In this document: positions 28,143 through 40,188 of the stretch, piece after piece | How the letters are laid out: each line of letters starts with the position of its first letter | Position numbering within the stretch: the stretch's first letter is position 1 | Assembly: GCF_006345805.1 (NCBI RefSeq) | Contig: NC_042997.1 | Span: 114,824,001 to 114,888,000, forward strand | Source: Octopus sinensis | Taxonomy: Eukaryota | Length of the DNA: 64,000 bases | Reading direction: 5' to 3' | Notes under the pieces: generated by a model | Databases searched by the model: none | Seen by the model: only the letters and a program-made list of their open reading frames with translations | Told to the model about the DNA's origin: nothing | Translations under genes and position numbers: made by a program

Positions 28143-28909
28143 ATTTTTTTTGATTTAATCGTTTAAAATATGTGCCATCAATATTACAACACGAGCCCTG
28201 TGCTTATGATTTAGATGTCAGTCTGGTACAGTGAGATTTTCAGGACATTTCACACAGAATGCATAACAATCTGTTGCAGTATCTCCCAAGCCATTCACAC
28301 AGAATGTATCACAACCTGTCCCAGTGTCCTCCATTCTGACACAGGTTGAGTTGTGCAACAGGATTTGATGAGCCAGAAGACTGCACCAAGCTCCAATGTC
28401 TGCTTTGACATGGTTTCTATGGCTGGATGCCCTTCCTAGTGCCAACTACTTTATAGCATGTACTGGATGCTTTTCCTCATGGTTCTAGCATCAGTTAGAT
28501 TTTCAAGTAACTTATAAAACAAGCTTCCTCAACTAAGTAGGGATACAGTATTGAGAGAGGTGGCTTTATGGCTGGTGTTCAAAGGGATAGGAACAAGGGT
28601 CTTGCTGTAGAGGAGATACATGGCCATTCCAGTTAGAAAGAAGCGAGAAGATGGTGGTGAAAAAGTGTCAGAGTGTACCCTCTCGTTACAAGATGGTGAA
28701 TCATCATCATCATCATCGTTTAACGTCCGCTTTCCATGCTAGCATGTGTTGGATGATTTTGACTGAGTGCTGGTGAACCAGATGGCTGCACCAGGCCCCA
28801 ATCTTGATCTGGCAGAGTTTCTACAGCTGGATGCCCTTCCTAACGCCAACCACTCCGAGAGTGTAGTGGGTGCTTTTTTACATGCCACTGGCACGGGGGC
28901 CAGTCAGGC

Positions 28910-29140
28910 GGCGAGCTGGCAGAAACGTTAGCACGCCGGGCGAAATGCTTAGCGGTATTTCGTCTGCCCGTTACGTTGTGAGTTCAAATTCCGCCGAGGT
29001 CGACTTTGCCTTTCATCCTTTCGGGGTCGATAAATTAAGCACCAGTTACGCACTGGGGTCGATGTAATCGACTTAATACCTATGTCTGTCCTTGTTTGTC
29101 CCCTCTGTGTTTAGCCCCTTGTGGGTAATAAAGAAATAGG
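28910..29140 (+). mobile_element. tRNA-derived SINE with Meta-domain-like core; other copies at about 794-, 1390+, 5657+, 5900+, 17730+, 19225-, 20580-, 20820-, 41050+, 46050-, 57290-, 57660-
   Basis: GAGCTGGCAGAAACGTTAGC..GAGTTCAAATTCC..GCCTTTCATCCTTTCGGGGTCGATAAATTAAGTACCAG. The domain name is from memory. Confidence 0.75.
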
Positions 29141-29659
29141 TACTGGCAATGTCCACACTCGAATCTTTTTGTACATACCACCGGCACAGGTGCCAGTAAG
29201 GCGACGTTGGTGACGATCACGCTCGAATGGTGCCCTTTTACGTGCAACTGGCATGGAGGCCAGATAGCCGCTCTGGCAACGATCACGCTCGGATAGTGCT
29301 CTTGGAAAGAAAACAGGGTGAGAGGATCAGAAAAGGTGTGTGGATAGGTAAGGTCATGAGACTGTGAAAGGGGAGTGACAGATGTTAAGAGATGGGGATT
29401 GAGGTGAATACAGAGAATGAGGGACATGGATGGAGGCATGTTTAATGGTGAATTTCAGTTTGATGGTGGTGGTGGTGAAAGTGAAGTGAAGGGAATAGGA
29501 GTGTGTTGAAATACAGGCTCAATCAACAGACTCCATCAATACTGCAGACTCTTCTCTCACTCCATAAATACTCCAATACATGACAACAGTAGCAATGTAT
29601 TGATTGTTAGATGAAATGAATTATTGAATAATATCTATCCAACTGTACCAATCTTATAA

Positions 29660-29695
<36 letters not shown>

Positions 29696-29696
29696 A

Positions 29697-30008
29697 TGGA
29701 GGTGCAATGGCCCAGTGGTTAGGGCAGCGGACTCACGGTCATAGGATCGCAGTTTCGATTCTCAGACCGGGCGTTGTCAGTGTTTATTGAACGAAAACAC
29801 CTAAAGCTCCACGAGGCTCCAGCAGGGGGTGGTGGCGATCCCTGCTGTACTCTTTCGCCACAAATTTCTCTCACTCTTTCTTCTGTTGGCCAGGTCGCTT
29901 AGCCAGCAGGGTGGTGTCATTTGAAGGCTAAAACAATGCGAAGCGCATTGTGACCAGCGATGTGTAACAACATCTGATAGCCTGGTCAATCATGGTGATC
30001 ACCGTGAT
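29697..30008 (+). mobile_element. Third tRNA-derived SINE family; related copies at about 48692-48955 (+), 4370-4600 (-), 5080-5150 (-), 47030-47160 (+)
   Basis: TGGCCCAGTGG A box, GTTTCGATTC B box, CACCTAAAGCTCCACG body, GTGATCAC-type tail. Confidence 0.7.
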
Positions 30009-30033
30009 ATATATATATTTATATATATATATA

Positions 30034-30538
30034 TATAATGTTGAAAGATTTAAAAGTCCAAATAATGCAAATAGATTTCAAGATGAGGTAACGTAAACTA
30101 AAAGGAAGTTACCTGGTAATCTTTGGTCTTATATGTATTCAGTATTTTGGGACATACAAGTCCCTTCTTCAGGGTTAAAAAGGAACTGTCCTTGGAAAGA
30201 TGCTTTTTGTTGGTGATAAAATAATTCTATGTAAATAATGTAAATAGATAAATAATTATTGAAAAATTCTCTGACAAAGCAAGTTCAGTTTTTGTTATCA
30301 GTTAAATATGACAGAAAACAACAAAAAAAACCCAAAACTTCTATGAATTATTTTATCTCTAACAAAAAACATCTTTCCAAGGACAGTTCTTTTTTAACCC
30401 TGACGAAGGGACTTGTATGTCCCGAAATATTTGATACATATAAGACCAAAGATTACCAAGTAACTTATTTTTAATTTACATTACCTCATCTTAAAATCTA
30501 TTTGCATTATTTGGCCTTTTAAATCTTTCAACGTTATA
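30034..30538. mobile_element. Fold-back element with about 194-bp inverted arms, each carrying a different hammerhead-like core
   Basis: Arms 30034-30227 / 30345-30538. Right arm has CTGACGA A GGGAC(TTGTAT)GTCCC GAAA TATT (30400-30431). Stem I is degenerate. Confidence 0.65.
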
Positions 30539-30584
30539 TTCCATATATACAATGCTTCAAGCAAACTATAAGATCTTATTATAT

Positions 30585-30990
30585 ATCATCATCATCATCA
30601 TCGTTTAACGTCCGCTCTCCATGCTAGCATGGGTTGGACGGTTTGACTGAGGGCTGGCGAACCAGATGGCTGCACCAGGCTCCAATCTTGATCTAGCAGA
30701 GTTTCTACAGCTGGATGCCCTTCCTAAAGCCAACCACTCCGAGAGTGTAGTGGGTGCTTTTACGTGCCACCGGCACGGAAGCCCGTTAGCCGCTCTGGCA
30801 ACGATCATGCTCGGATGGTGCTCTTAGCACCCTACTAGTACGGGGCACAAGTGCCAGTAAGGCGACACTGGTAACGATCACACTCGAATGGTGCCTTTTA
30901 TGTGCCACAGGCATGGAAGCTGGTTAGCCGCTCTGTCGATGATCACACTTGTATGGTACTCTTTGCACCCCGCTAGCATGGATGCCAGTC
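30585..30990 (-). mobile_element. RTE 3'-UTR copy; other copies at about 3685-, 8060+, 8620+, 10930-, 11740-, 24470+, 26805-, 28330-, 28700-, 36130-, 36970-, 39230-, 51930+, 54110+, 55110+, 58000+, 59740-, 63940-
   Basis: Shared CATCATCGTTTAACGTCCGC..GGATGCCCTTCCTAACGCCAACCACTCCGAGAGTGTAGTGGG sequence. Confidence 0.8.
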
Positions 30991-31054
<64 letters not shown>

Positions 31055-31439
31055 TATAAAGCTGCTCTACTCTGACAAAATGGGGTTAAAATAGATAGTC
31101 CTAGAGAATACTATAATATCAGTGTCAGTATCAGGGTCAAAATTCACACTTACGTAAACTAAAGTCTCTGAAGTGCTGAAATGGCTTCTGTCAAGTTTGA
31201 GCTCAGAGCAAAAACGATTCAAACAAGATACACACAAAGCAATGAGTGAACAACCAACTAAAAATAGCTGCCAGATTTTTCCCAGATCACACCTTAGTGT
31301 CTAAAAAAAAGAAAGAATCACCCGAGATAATCTATTCCAGGATATACAGAAAAGATAGTCAGTCATAATCAAACTAGGGCTAATTGACAAGAACAGTCTC
31401 TTCTATAACAATAACAATATATGTATGTGTGCATGTAGG

Positions 31440-31882
31440 CGTAGGAGTGGCTGTGTAGTAATTAGCTTGCTTCCCAACCACATGGTTTCGGGTTCAGTCC
31501 CACTGCATGGCACCTTGGGCAGGGGTGTCTTCTACTATAGCCTTGGGCAGACCAAAGCCTTGTGAGTGGATTTGGTAGACGGAAACTGAAAGAAGCCCAT
31601 CGTATATATGTATATGTATATATGTATGTATGTGTATGTATATGTATATATGTATGTATGTGTGTGTATATGTTTGTGTGTCTGTGGTTGTCACCCCACC
31701 ATTGCTTGACAGCCGATGTTGGTGTGTTTACATCCCCGTAACTTAGCGGTTTGGCAAAAGAGACCGATAGAATAAGTACTAGGCTTACAATGAATAAGTC
31801 CTGGGGTCGATTTGCTCGACTAAAGGCGGTGCTCCAGCATGGCTGCAGTCAAATGACTGAAACAAGTAAAAGAGTAAAAGAG
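31440..31882 (+). mobile_element. CORE-like SINE, full length
   Basis: Same head, core and tail as the 39800 copy. Confidence 0.8.
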
Positions 31883-32689
31883 TATTATGTATTTATGTAT
31901 GTATTTATGTATGTATTTATGTATGTATGTGTGTATGTATGTATGTATTTATGTATGTCTGTCTGTATGTCATTGTTCAGTTTTATTTCAAGATTTCTTG
32001 CCAATAGAGAAAGAATCGGTTTCTAACTTAGATCCAAGGCTCCTTCATTGGAATTTCAATATCAACACCAGGGGTATTTTTGTATGCATGTATGTATATA
32101 TGTATGTTTGTATGTATGTATGCATGCATGTATGTATGCATGTATGTATGTGTGTATGTGTGTATGTATGTATGTATGTATGTATGTATGTATGTATGTA
32201 TGTATGTATGTATGTATGTATGTATGTATGTATATGCTCAACTGTGTCTTTGTGTTTGAATTTGTTTCCACCTCCATACCTTGACAACCAGTATTGATTT
32301 GTTTACATCCCTGTAGCTTACTGGCTTAGCAAAGGTGACCAATAGAGCATATACAAGACTTTAAACAATAAGCATCTGGGCCAGCATGACCACCACACCC
32401 TACAGCATGACCACAGTCCAATGACTAAAAAAAAGTAAAAAACAAAAGATAATGTATTAGGAAATGCCTCACATCATATGTATATGAGTCAGGGAAGTAT
32501 ATTCTGACAACAAAAAGGAAAGTTAAATCGATATATTATGTCACGAATTTGATATATGGCATAGTGGTTAAGAGCACGGGCTAGTAACCCCAAGATTCCA
32601 AGTTTGATTCCAGGCAGTGACCTGAATAATAATAATAATAATGATGATGATGATGATGATGACAACAAGCAATTGAAAACAAATGAAAC

Positions 32690-33880
32690 TGAAAATAGGT
32701 GGGTAAAGAAAAGAATGCATGATCAATTTCATAGGGATGTTGAAGATAAGACAGAGAAAAAAGATGGGTGTGGATGACTAAAAGTGATTTAAAACTGGAA
32801 ACAGAAACTCTAATCTGTGCTGCCCAAGAGCAAGCACTATTACAAACTATATAAAATACAGAATAGACAACACAGCAGAAAGTGATAAGTGCAGAATCTG
32901 TGGACAAAACGGTGAAACCATGTGGCATATTACCAGCCAATGTATGCCACTAGCCCAGAAGGAATATAAGAGATGCCACGACAATATAGTGGAGGCACAT
33001 GGCCTAATGGTTAGAGCAGCGATTGAGGGATCGCGGGTTTGAATCTCAGACGGGGCGATGTGTGTGTTTATGAGCGAAACACCTAAGCTCCACGTGGCTC
33101 TGGCAGAAGGTAATGGCAAAACTTCTGCTGACTCTTTCGCCACAACTTTCTCTCACTCTTTCCTCCTGAATCTTGCAGCTCACCTGCGACGGACCGGCGT
33201 CCCGTCCAGGTGGGGAACCTATATGCCAAGAAACCGGGTAACCGGCCCTTATGAGCCAGGCATGGCTTGAGAAGGAACAAACAAAAAAAAAAAAACAAAA
33301 ACAACAATATAGCCAGGCTTGTCTATCGGACACTTTGCAACAAGGATGGACTTGATAGAGCAAAAAATTGGTACAACCACAAACCTGAAGGCATCGTCAA
33401 AAATAGAAATGCAAAGATTCTATGGGATTTTATGATTCAGGGCGACCATGAGATAGAGAATAGGAAGCCAGACATAGTCTTAATTGAGAAAGAAAACAAA
33501 CTATGCTGGATCATAGATATAGCATGCCCAGCAGACAACAAGGTATGCGATAAGGAAGAGAGAAAAGTCGAGAGATATGACAGGTTAGCTTGGGAAGTTA
33601 AGCAGTTATGGTTAATGAAAAAGGTAGCAGTAGTATCAATAATTGTTGGAGCCCTATCTCATGGTCGCATTGAATCATAACAGTGAGCAAAAATCTCGAG
33701 AAGTACGTGGAACGAATAGGGACTGCAATAAGGGTGGATAACTTGCAGAAAGCAGCACTGCTTGGAACTGCTCGAATACTCCGGAAGTGCTTGAAAAATA
33801 AGAGGTGTTACCTTAGTTCACTGGTAGTGAACAGCTGATACTGTAGTGCATCTCCAGTGTTAGAAGCTGTGCAAAGTCAA
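32690..33880 (+). mobile_element. 5'-truncated R4/Dong-clade non-LTR retrotransposon (CCHC knuckle + restriction-like endonuclease), decayed
   Basis: KRMHDQF...LETETLICAAQEQAL, CRICGQNGETMWHITSQC, HDNI|ARLVY, RKPDIV...IIDIACP, LQKAALLGTARILRK; ends in an (AAT)n tail. Confidence 0.88.
32990..33303 (+). mobile_element. tRNA-derived SINE inserted in the Dong ORF
   Basis: A/B-box head, A-rich tail, 9-bp target duplication ACAATATAG (32981-32989 / 33304-33312). The Dong frame rejoins on removal. Confidence 0.85.
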
Positions 33881-33897
33881 TGATAACAATAATGATA

Positions 33898-33956
<59 letters not shown>

Positions 33957-34575
33957 TATAATAATAATAACAACATCGAAAAATACCTTAGGAATGAGAA
34001 CCCAGGTTCAAAATTTCCCCAATCACCTGATGAAGGCTCGAGGGTATATCAGCCGATATGTTGTGTTAACAACAAACAAGATGAGGACAAATATCCGTCA
34101 AATGTAAATAATGTACATAATTCCACACCTCTTAAATATAGAACTGTATTAAAAAACAATGTATTGGGAAATGCCCCACGTCATAGGTATGTGAGTCAGT
34201 GAAATATAGTCTGACAACAAAAAGGAAGGTTAAATTGATATATTATGTCACAAATATAATTTGATAGTTAGAAACAAAGAAAAGATAGTTGTGACAGAAG
34301 AGTGTTGTGTGTATAAAGGTTATTTAGATATAACCTGACCAATTTCAAAATCTACAAAAAAAATTTACTGCTCAGTCTTTGTGTGTATATAGCAGGAGTG
34401 GCTGTGTGGTAAGTAGTTTGTTTACCAACCACATGGTTCTGGGTTCAGTCCCACTGCATGGCACCTTGGGCAAGTATCTCCTACTATAGCCTTGGACCGA
34501 ACAAAGCCTTGTGAGTGGATTTTGTAGACAGAAACTGAAAGAATCCCATCGTATATATATATATATATGTATATG

Positions 34576-34620
<45 letters not shown>

Positions 34621-35564
34621 CAAAAATGGGACAAAAATGCAAAACATCCAGACAGTTAGGTAATACAAAAAAGGGACAACAATACATCCGGATAGATGAT
34701 ACAAAGAAAACAAGGACGAGTCATTTGGAGTTTTCTTTCCTCAGATGAGTTCCAGATTATCTTTGCAATGCAGCTGGTTATACTAGAGATTGCTCATATA
34801 TATATATATATATAAGGCGCAAGAGCGGATGTGTGGTAAGTAGCTTGCTTACCAACCACATGGTTCCAGGTTGAGTCCCACTGCATGGCACCTTGGGCAA
34901 GTGTCTTCTACTATAGCCTTGGGCCGACCAAAGCCTTGCGAGTGGATTTGGTAGACGGAAACTGAAAGAAGCCTGTTGTATATATGTGTGTGTGCATGTG
35001 TGTGTGTGTATGTTTGTGTGTGTGTGTTTGTCCCTCCAACATCGCTTGACAACTGAAGCTGGTGTGTAACTTAGTAGTTTGGCAAAAGAATAAGTCATGG
35101 GGTCGATTTGTTCAACTAAAGGTGGTACTCTAGTATGGCCACAGTCAAATGACTGAAACAATTAAAAGAATATGTGCATGCACACACACACACACACATG
35201 CACATGCATGTATATCTTTTTTGCTTTTACTTCTTTCAGCCATTAGACTGTGGCCATGCTGTGGTAATTGACTGCAGAATGTAATTTTTAAAGCCTGGTA
35301 CTTATTCCATTGGTCTCTTTTGCCAAACTGCTAAGTTACTGGGATGCAAAGAAATCAAACATCAGTTGTCAAATGTTGGTGGGGGACAAACACACACACA
35401 CATGACAGGCATCTTACAGTTTCTGTCTACCAAAGCCACTCACAAAGCTTTAGTTGGCCCAAGGCTATTGTAGAAGACTTGTCCAAAGTGTCATGCAGTG
35501 GGACTGAACCTGGAGCCATGTAGTTAGGAAGCAAGCTGCTTACCACACAGCCATGCCTGTATAT

Positions 35565-35684
35565 TTGTGTGTGTGTGTGTGTGCTTGTGAGTGTATGTAT
35601 GTTGTATGCATGTATGTATACATGTATGTATACATGTATGTACATGTGTGTGTGTGTGCATGAATGTGCATGTGTATATATATA

Positions 35685-35726
<42 letters not shown>

Positions 35727-35864
35727 GTATGTGTGTATATATATATATATATATATGTATGTACATATGTATGTACATATGTATGTGTGTGTATATATAT
35801 ATATATATATGTAAAGATACATGCATATAGGTAGATAGGTGTGTGAGTGCATGAACATAAATTT

Positions 35865-35902
<38 letters not shown>

Positions 35903-36000
35903 ATGCATATTTGTGTGTGTGTTGTGTGTGTGTGTGTGTGCATGCATATTTGTGTGTGTGTGTGTGTGTGTGTGCATGCATATTTGTGTGTGTGTGTGTA
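35565..36000. repeat. Compound (TG)n/(TA)n microsatellite
   Basis: Direct inspection. Confidence 0.95.
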
Positions 36001-37923
36001 ATGCTGGCATCTGTCAGGAGGTAAAGGAGGAGGAGAAGGAAGAGCAAATTCCAAAATGACTGTGAAGGCTAATCCCTGACCTCCAGCCTTAGATATACAC
36101 ATACACTATAACACATATCATCATCATCATCATCATCATCAACATTATCATCTTCATCTCCATTTAGCGTTTGCTTTCCCTGTTGGCATGGATTGGAGGG
36201 TTTGACAGGAGCTGGTGAGCTGTAAGCCTGTGTGAAGTTTCCATGGCTGAATGCCCTTCCTAATGCCAACCTCTTCAGAGTGTGTGTATGTACTCTGATG
36301 CCTTGCTTTTGTGCCACTGGCACAGCAAGAATGCCAAGTAGCTTGCAAAGCTTAAAAAAAAAAAAAGAGAAAGAAACAAGAAGGAAAAATGGAGGGGGGG
36401 AGGAAAAAGAAGCCTCCTTGGTTATATGGGTTGGGGTGGAGGTGGAATTTGTATTTAGGGGTGGGGGTGGGGGTGGAGATGGTTCAATGCTGAGTGTTGA
36501 GAGGCTGGAGTGTAATGGAAGAACAAAGCCAGGTGTCTTCCAATAAGGATGTGCGGTTGAATAGTTGGAAAGCTGGAAGGAAGAGAGAAGAAATGGTGGG
36601 ATGCTGGACGATTTCAAGATAGAGTGGTTTGTGGAGGGGGGGGAATGGGAAAGTGGTGCATGTAATGAGTGATGGACAGAGATATAGGAGTGGCTCAGGG
36701 TTAGTGGGGCCGTGATAATTAGGGCATGATGGTAGACGTGATGGGGCATTGAGAATGCTCTCAGGTAAGAGGGTATTAGAAATGGAGTATAGTAGAGAAA
36801 AGCAATGGCTGAAGGCACAGAAAGTAGACAACTGGTGTAAATAGTGTTGGCTGGGATAATAATTTATTCTTTTATTGGTCTCAAGGGCTAATATAAACAA
36901 ACATAAAAGGACATGCAACAACATAAAAGACAACACAATACGATACAGTGGGTTTTCACGTTCGTGTACACATCATCATCATCGTTTAATGTCTGCTTTC
37001 CATGCTAGTATGGGTTGGATGATTTGACTGAAGACTGGCGAACCAGATGGCTGCACCAGGCTCCAATCTTGATCTGGCAGAGTTTCTACACCTGGATGCC
37101 CTTCCTAATGCCAACAAGAGTGTAGTGGGTGCTTTTACGTGCCACCGGCATAAGGGCCAGTCAGGTGGTACTGGCAACGGTCACACCCAAATGGTGTTTC
37201 TTTTTTACGTGCCACCTGCATACCGGCACAAGTCCCAGTAAGGCAACGCTGGTAACAATCACTCTCAAGTAACAATAAAAATTGAACAAGTAAAACTCCC
37301 AATAAAGGGAGGAGCCTTAAATGTTATTTGTGGAAAAACTTACAAAAGCTACGGGTGCCTGACTAACAGGGCAAGAACCCTTCTCCTTTTATATCTTCAC
37401 AGGTGTATGCTCAGAAGGGGTCCTTTCACACTGGCCATTCTTCCAATATTCACTCACCTTTCAATAAACTTGCTAGAAGGCAACACTTCCCTTTCCACCC
37501 TCACTGTCCTCTTCGTGTTAAACTTGAAAAGTTGATGAGGGCTTGGCTAAAGAGGAAAGTGTCTGACTTTAGCCCTTTCAAACAAGTCCACCATGAGAAA
37601 TGGAAATGGTTCTGGGGATGGGATGGGGAAGGTAACTGGAAGGGAGAGGATATAATATGTACCTATTTTGCACTCAGGTAATTGCAACAGCCAAGCAGTA
37701 CTCGACATAGAAAATGGTTGGTGTTAGGAGTAGGGGCAGACTCAAGGTGGGGTGGGGGTGGGAGTGGTACCTCCCACAAGAAAAGAAGTGCACTTTTCTA
37801 AATAATGTTATTATGCCCTTTTCTCTTGGAATTGTATTGCCTTCTGATCTTGTGCCTTTCCTTCAAAAAATTCCTGGGACTGGCCCTGAGTGGATGTGAT
37901 GAGAGGGAAATACTTGATGGGGC

Positions 37924-37983
<60 letters not shown>

Positions 37984-38089
37984 GGAGAGAGAGAGAGGGG
38001 GAGAGAGAGAAGAGGCAGGTAGGAACCCTCACATGAACAAGCATAACCAAGGTGGTTTTAGGACATCATTTCTGCTGTGACAGATGGGT

Positions 38090-38510
38090 CATTTTCAGCA
38101 TGCCAAATTTCCAATCATCTCAGTCCTTTGTCAACTCATCTGTAAGGTTCAGCATCTTGAAATCAGCCTTGCTTCCTCCCATGTCCTCTTGAGTCTCTCT
38201 CTCTTCTGCAAGTTCCATTCACTTTAAGCAACCGGCACTTCTTCACACAGATTTCTTCATTGATTATGCTTTGCATAACAAATCAAATCCATCTTCTCTC
38301 TTGTACACTTCAGCTAATTCTTCTTATACCTAATTTTTCTCTCAGCATATTAGCACTTTGTTGCATGAAACATCCAATGGAACATGCTAACTTCATTCCG
38401 CTCTAGACTTTGCATGTCCTCTGCATTCAGGGTCCACGTCTCACAACCATGTGGCATTGCTGTATGTACCCAAGCATCATACAATCTATCTTTCACTCTG
38501 AGGGAGAGAC
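38090..38510 (-). mobile_element. Decayed RTE C-terminal fragment
   Basis: Homologous to 15850-16050 (CETWTLNAEDMQSL-like reading). Confidence 0.7.
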
Positions 38511-38659
38511 TCTTTTGTTGCAAACAGAAGTAATAGCTCTCTGAATTATCTCTGTCCTATTCTTAATGTGTGTGTGTGTGTGTTGTGTTTGTATGTATGT
38601 ATATATGATGATTACTTCATCTTGAGGGATGATAGCCATCCCATCAACACAAACACCAC

Positions 38660-38975
38660 ACTCAATCACACCGTACAATCACTCAATTGATGAGCCCTTA
38701 GATGACTTTTAAGACCAGCAGCTGACTGACACGGTTTATAACACAAGTGACAGATATTATTTAAGTTTCTTCTATATCTTTGCCCTTTGGAATCTGATTC
38801 TGAAGGAATGTTTTTGTGAACTAGCATATGTCTTTTAAGTCCAGGTATTGTCATACAAATTTTTTTGCATCAAAACTGCCATCCCTTGACAGTATGCTTC
38901 CTAGGTAAACAAAGGTGTCAATGACTTCTAACATTGTCCCTTTCACAAAAATGTTTGGTTCAGAATATGTTTGTC
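38660..38975 (-). mobile_element. Fragment of a second RTE lineage, internally deleted
   Basis: LEVIDTFVYLGSILSRDGS and C-terminal CHLCYKPCQSAAGLKSHLRAH zinc finger. Confidence 0.7.
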
Positions 38976-39182
38976 CTGGCACCAGAGTAAACATTACATA
39001 CATATATACACATATGTATATATGTAAATATGTGTGTGTGCATGCATCTGTGTGTATATCCATCCATACATATATATAATATATATGTACATATATTCTC
39101 ATCCAAGATGATGGAGATGAGTATCAACGTCCCAATGTGCCAGCCCTGTTAACCAACAAATAAAATAGGTTATGTATATATA

Positions 39183-39236
<54 letters not shown>

Positions 39237-39799
39237 CATCATTGTTAAATGTCCTTGTTCAATGCTAGCATGGACTGGACAATTTGACAGGCTCCAATGA
39301 ATTCAAGGACTGCATCATGCTTAAAGTCTGTATTGGGAAGGGTCCTTACAGCCAGAGGCCTTTTTTAATGCCGATCACTTTTTAGCATATACTGGGTACT
39401 TTCTTCAATCCAACAGCACTTGTGAGGTCACCACTCAGCTTGCTAGAATAAGAACCCCAAGAGAGACTGGTTTATGGGAGGTGATGAAGGATTAAATTTT
39501 GAGAGAACGGGACAGAGCAGAGCAGGTTTCTCACATTTCAAAAGAGAATGGAGGGTGATCAGGGGGATGTGGAGGAAGAGATGAAATTTTTCTTCTGGAT
39601 ATAGAATAGATTTGAATACACAAAAAGACGAGATGATTATGCATAGAACGCCTTTAACCAGAAGTCTGCTCGATCAGGGCTGACATAATGTTAAAAGAAC
39701 AACAGTTTAGAGGTTGTTAATCTCCAAACCGATCTTGAATGAGCTAACTTGTGATCAAAGACATTGTGGCTGCGACCATTTCGTCATTTTGCTATATAG

Positions 39800-40188
39800 G
39801 CGTAGGAGTGGCTGTGTGGAAAGTAGCTTGCTTACCAACTATATGGTTCCGGGTTCAGTCCCACTGAGTGGCACCTTGGGCAAGTGTCTTCTACTATAGC
39901 CTCGAGCCGACCAAAGCCTTGTGAGTGGATTTGGTAGACGGAAACTGAAAGAAGCCCGTCGTATATATGTATGTGTGTGTATTTGTGTGTCTGTGTTTGT
40001 CCCCCCAACATCGCTTGACAACCGATGCTGGTGTGTTTACGTCCCCGTAACTTAGCGGTTAGGCAAAAGAGATTGATAGAATAAGTACTAGGCTTACAAA
40101 GAATAAGTCCTGGGGTCGATTTGCTCGACTAAAGGCAGTGCTCCAGCATGGCCACAGTCAAATGACTGAAACAAGTAAAAGAGAGAGT
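39800..40188 (+). mobile_element. tRNA-derived SINE with CORE-like segment (octopus OR-type); near-consensus copy
   Basis: A-box TGGCTGTGTGG, B-box GGGTTCAGTCCC, GCACCTTGGGCAAGTGTCTT, internal microsatellite, tail GACTGAAACAAGTAAAAGAG. Confidence 0.8.

Larger units (their letters stand above)
32553..34148 (+). mobile_element. Hammerhead-SINE split in its (AAT)n linker by a Dong/R4 insertion
   Basis: Head 32553-32625, tail 33976-34148 with degenerate ribozyme at 34023-34067. Confidence 0.75.

Noticed and set aside
36400-36940. Long minus-strand ORFs, possibly a PLE RT relic
   Set aside because: Purine-rich low-complexity sequence; similarity too faint to call.
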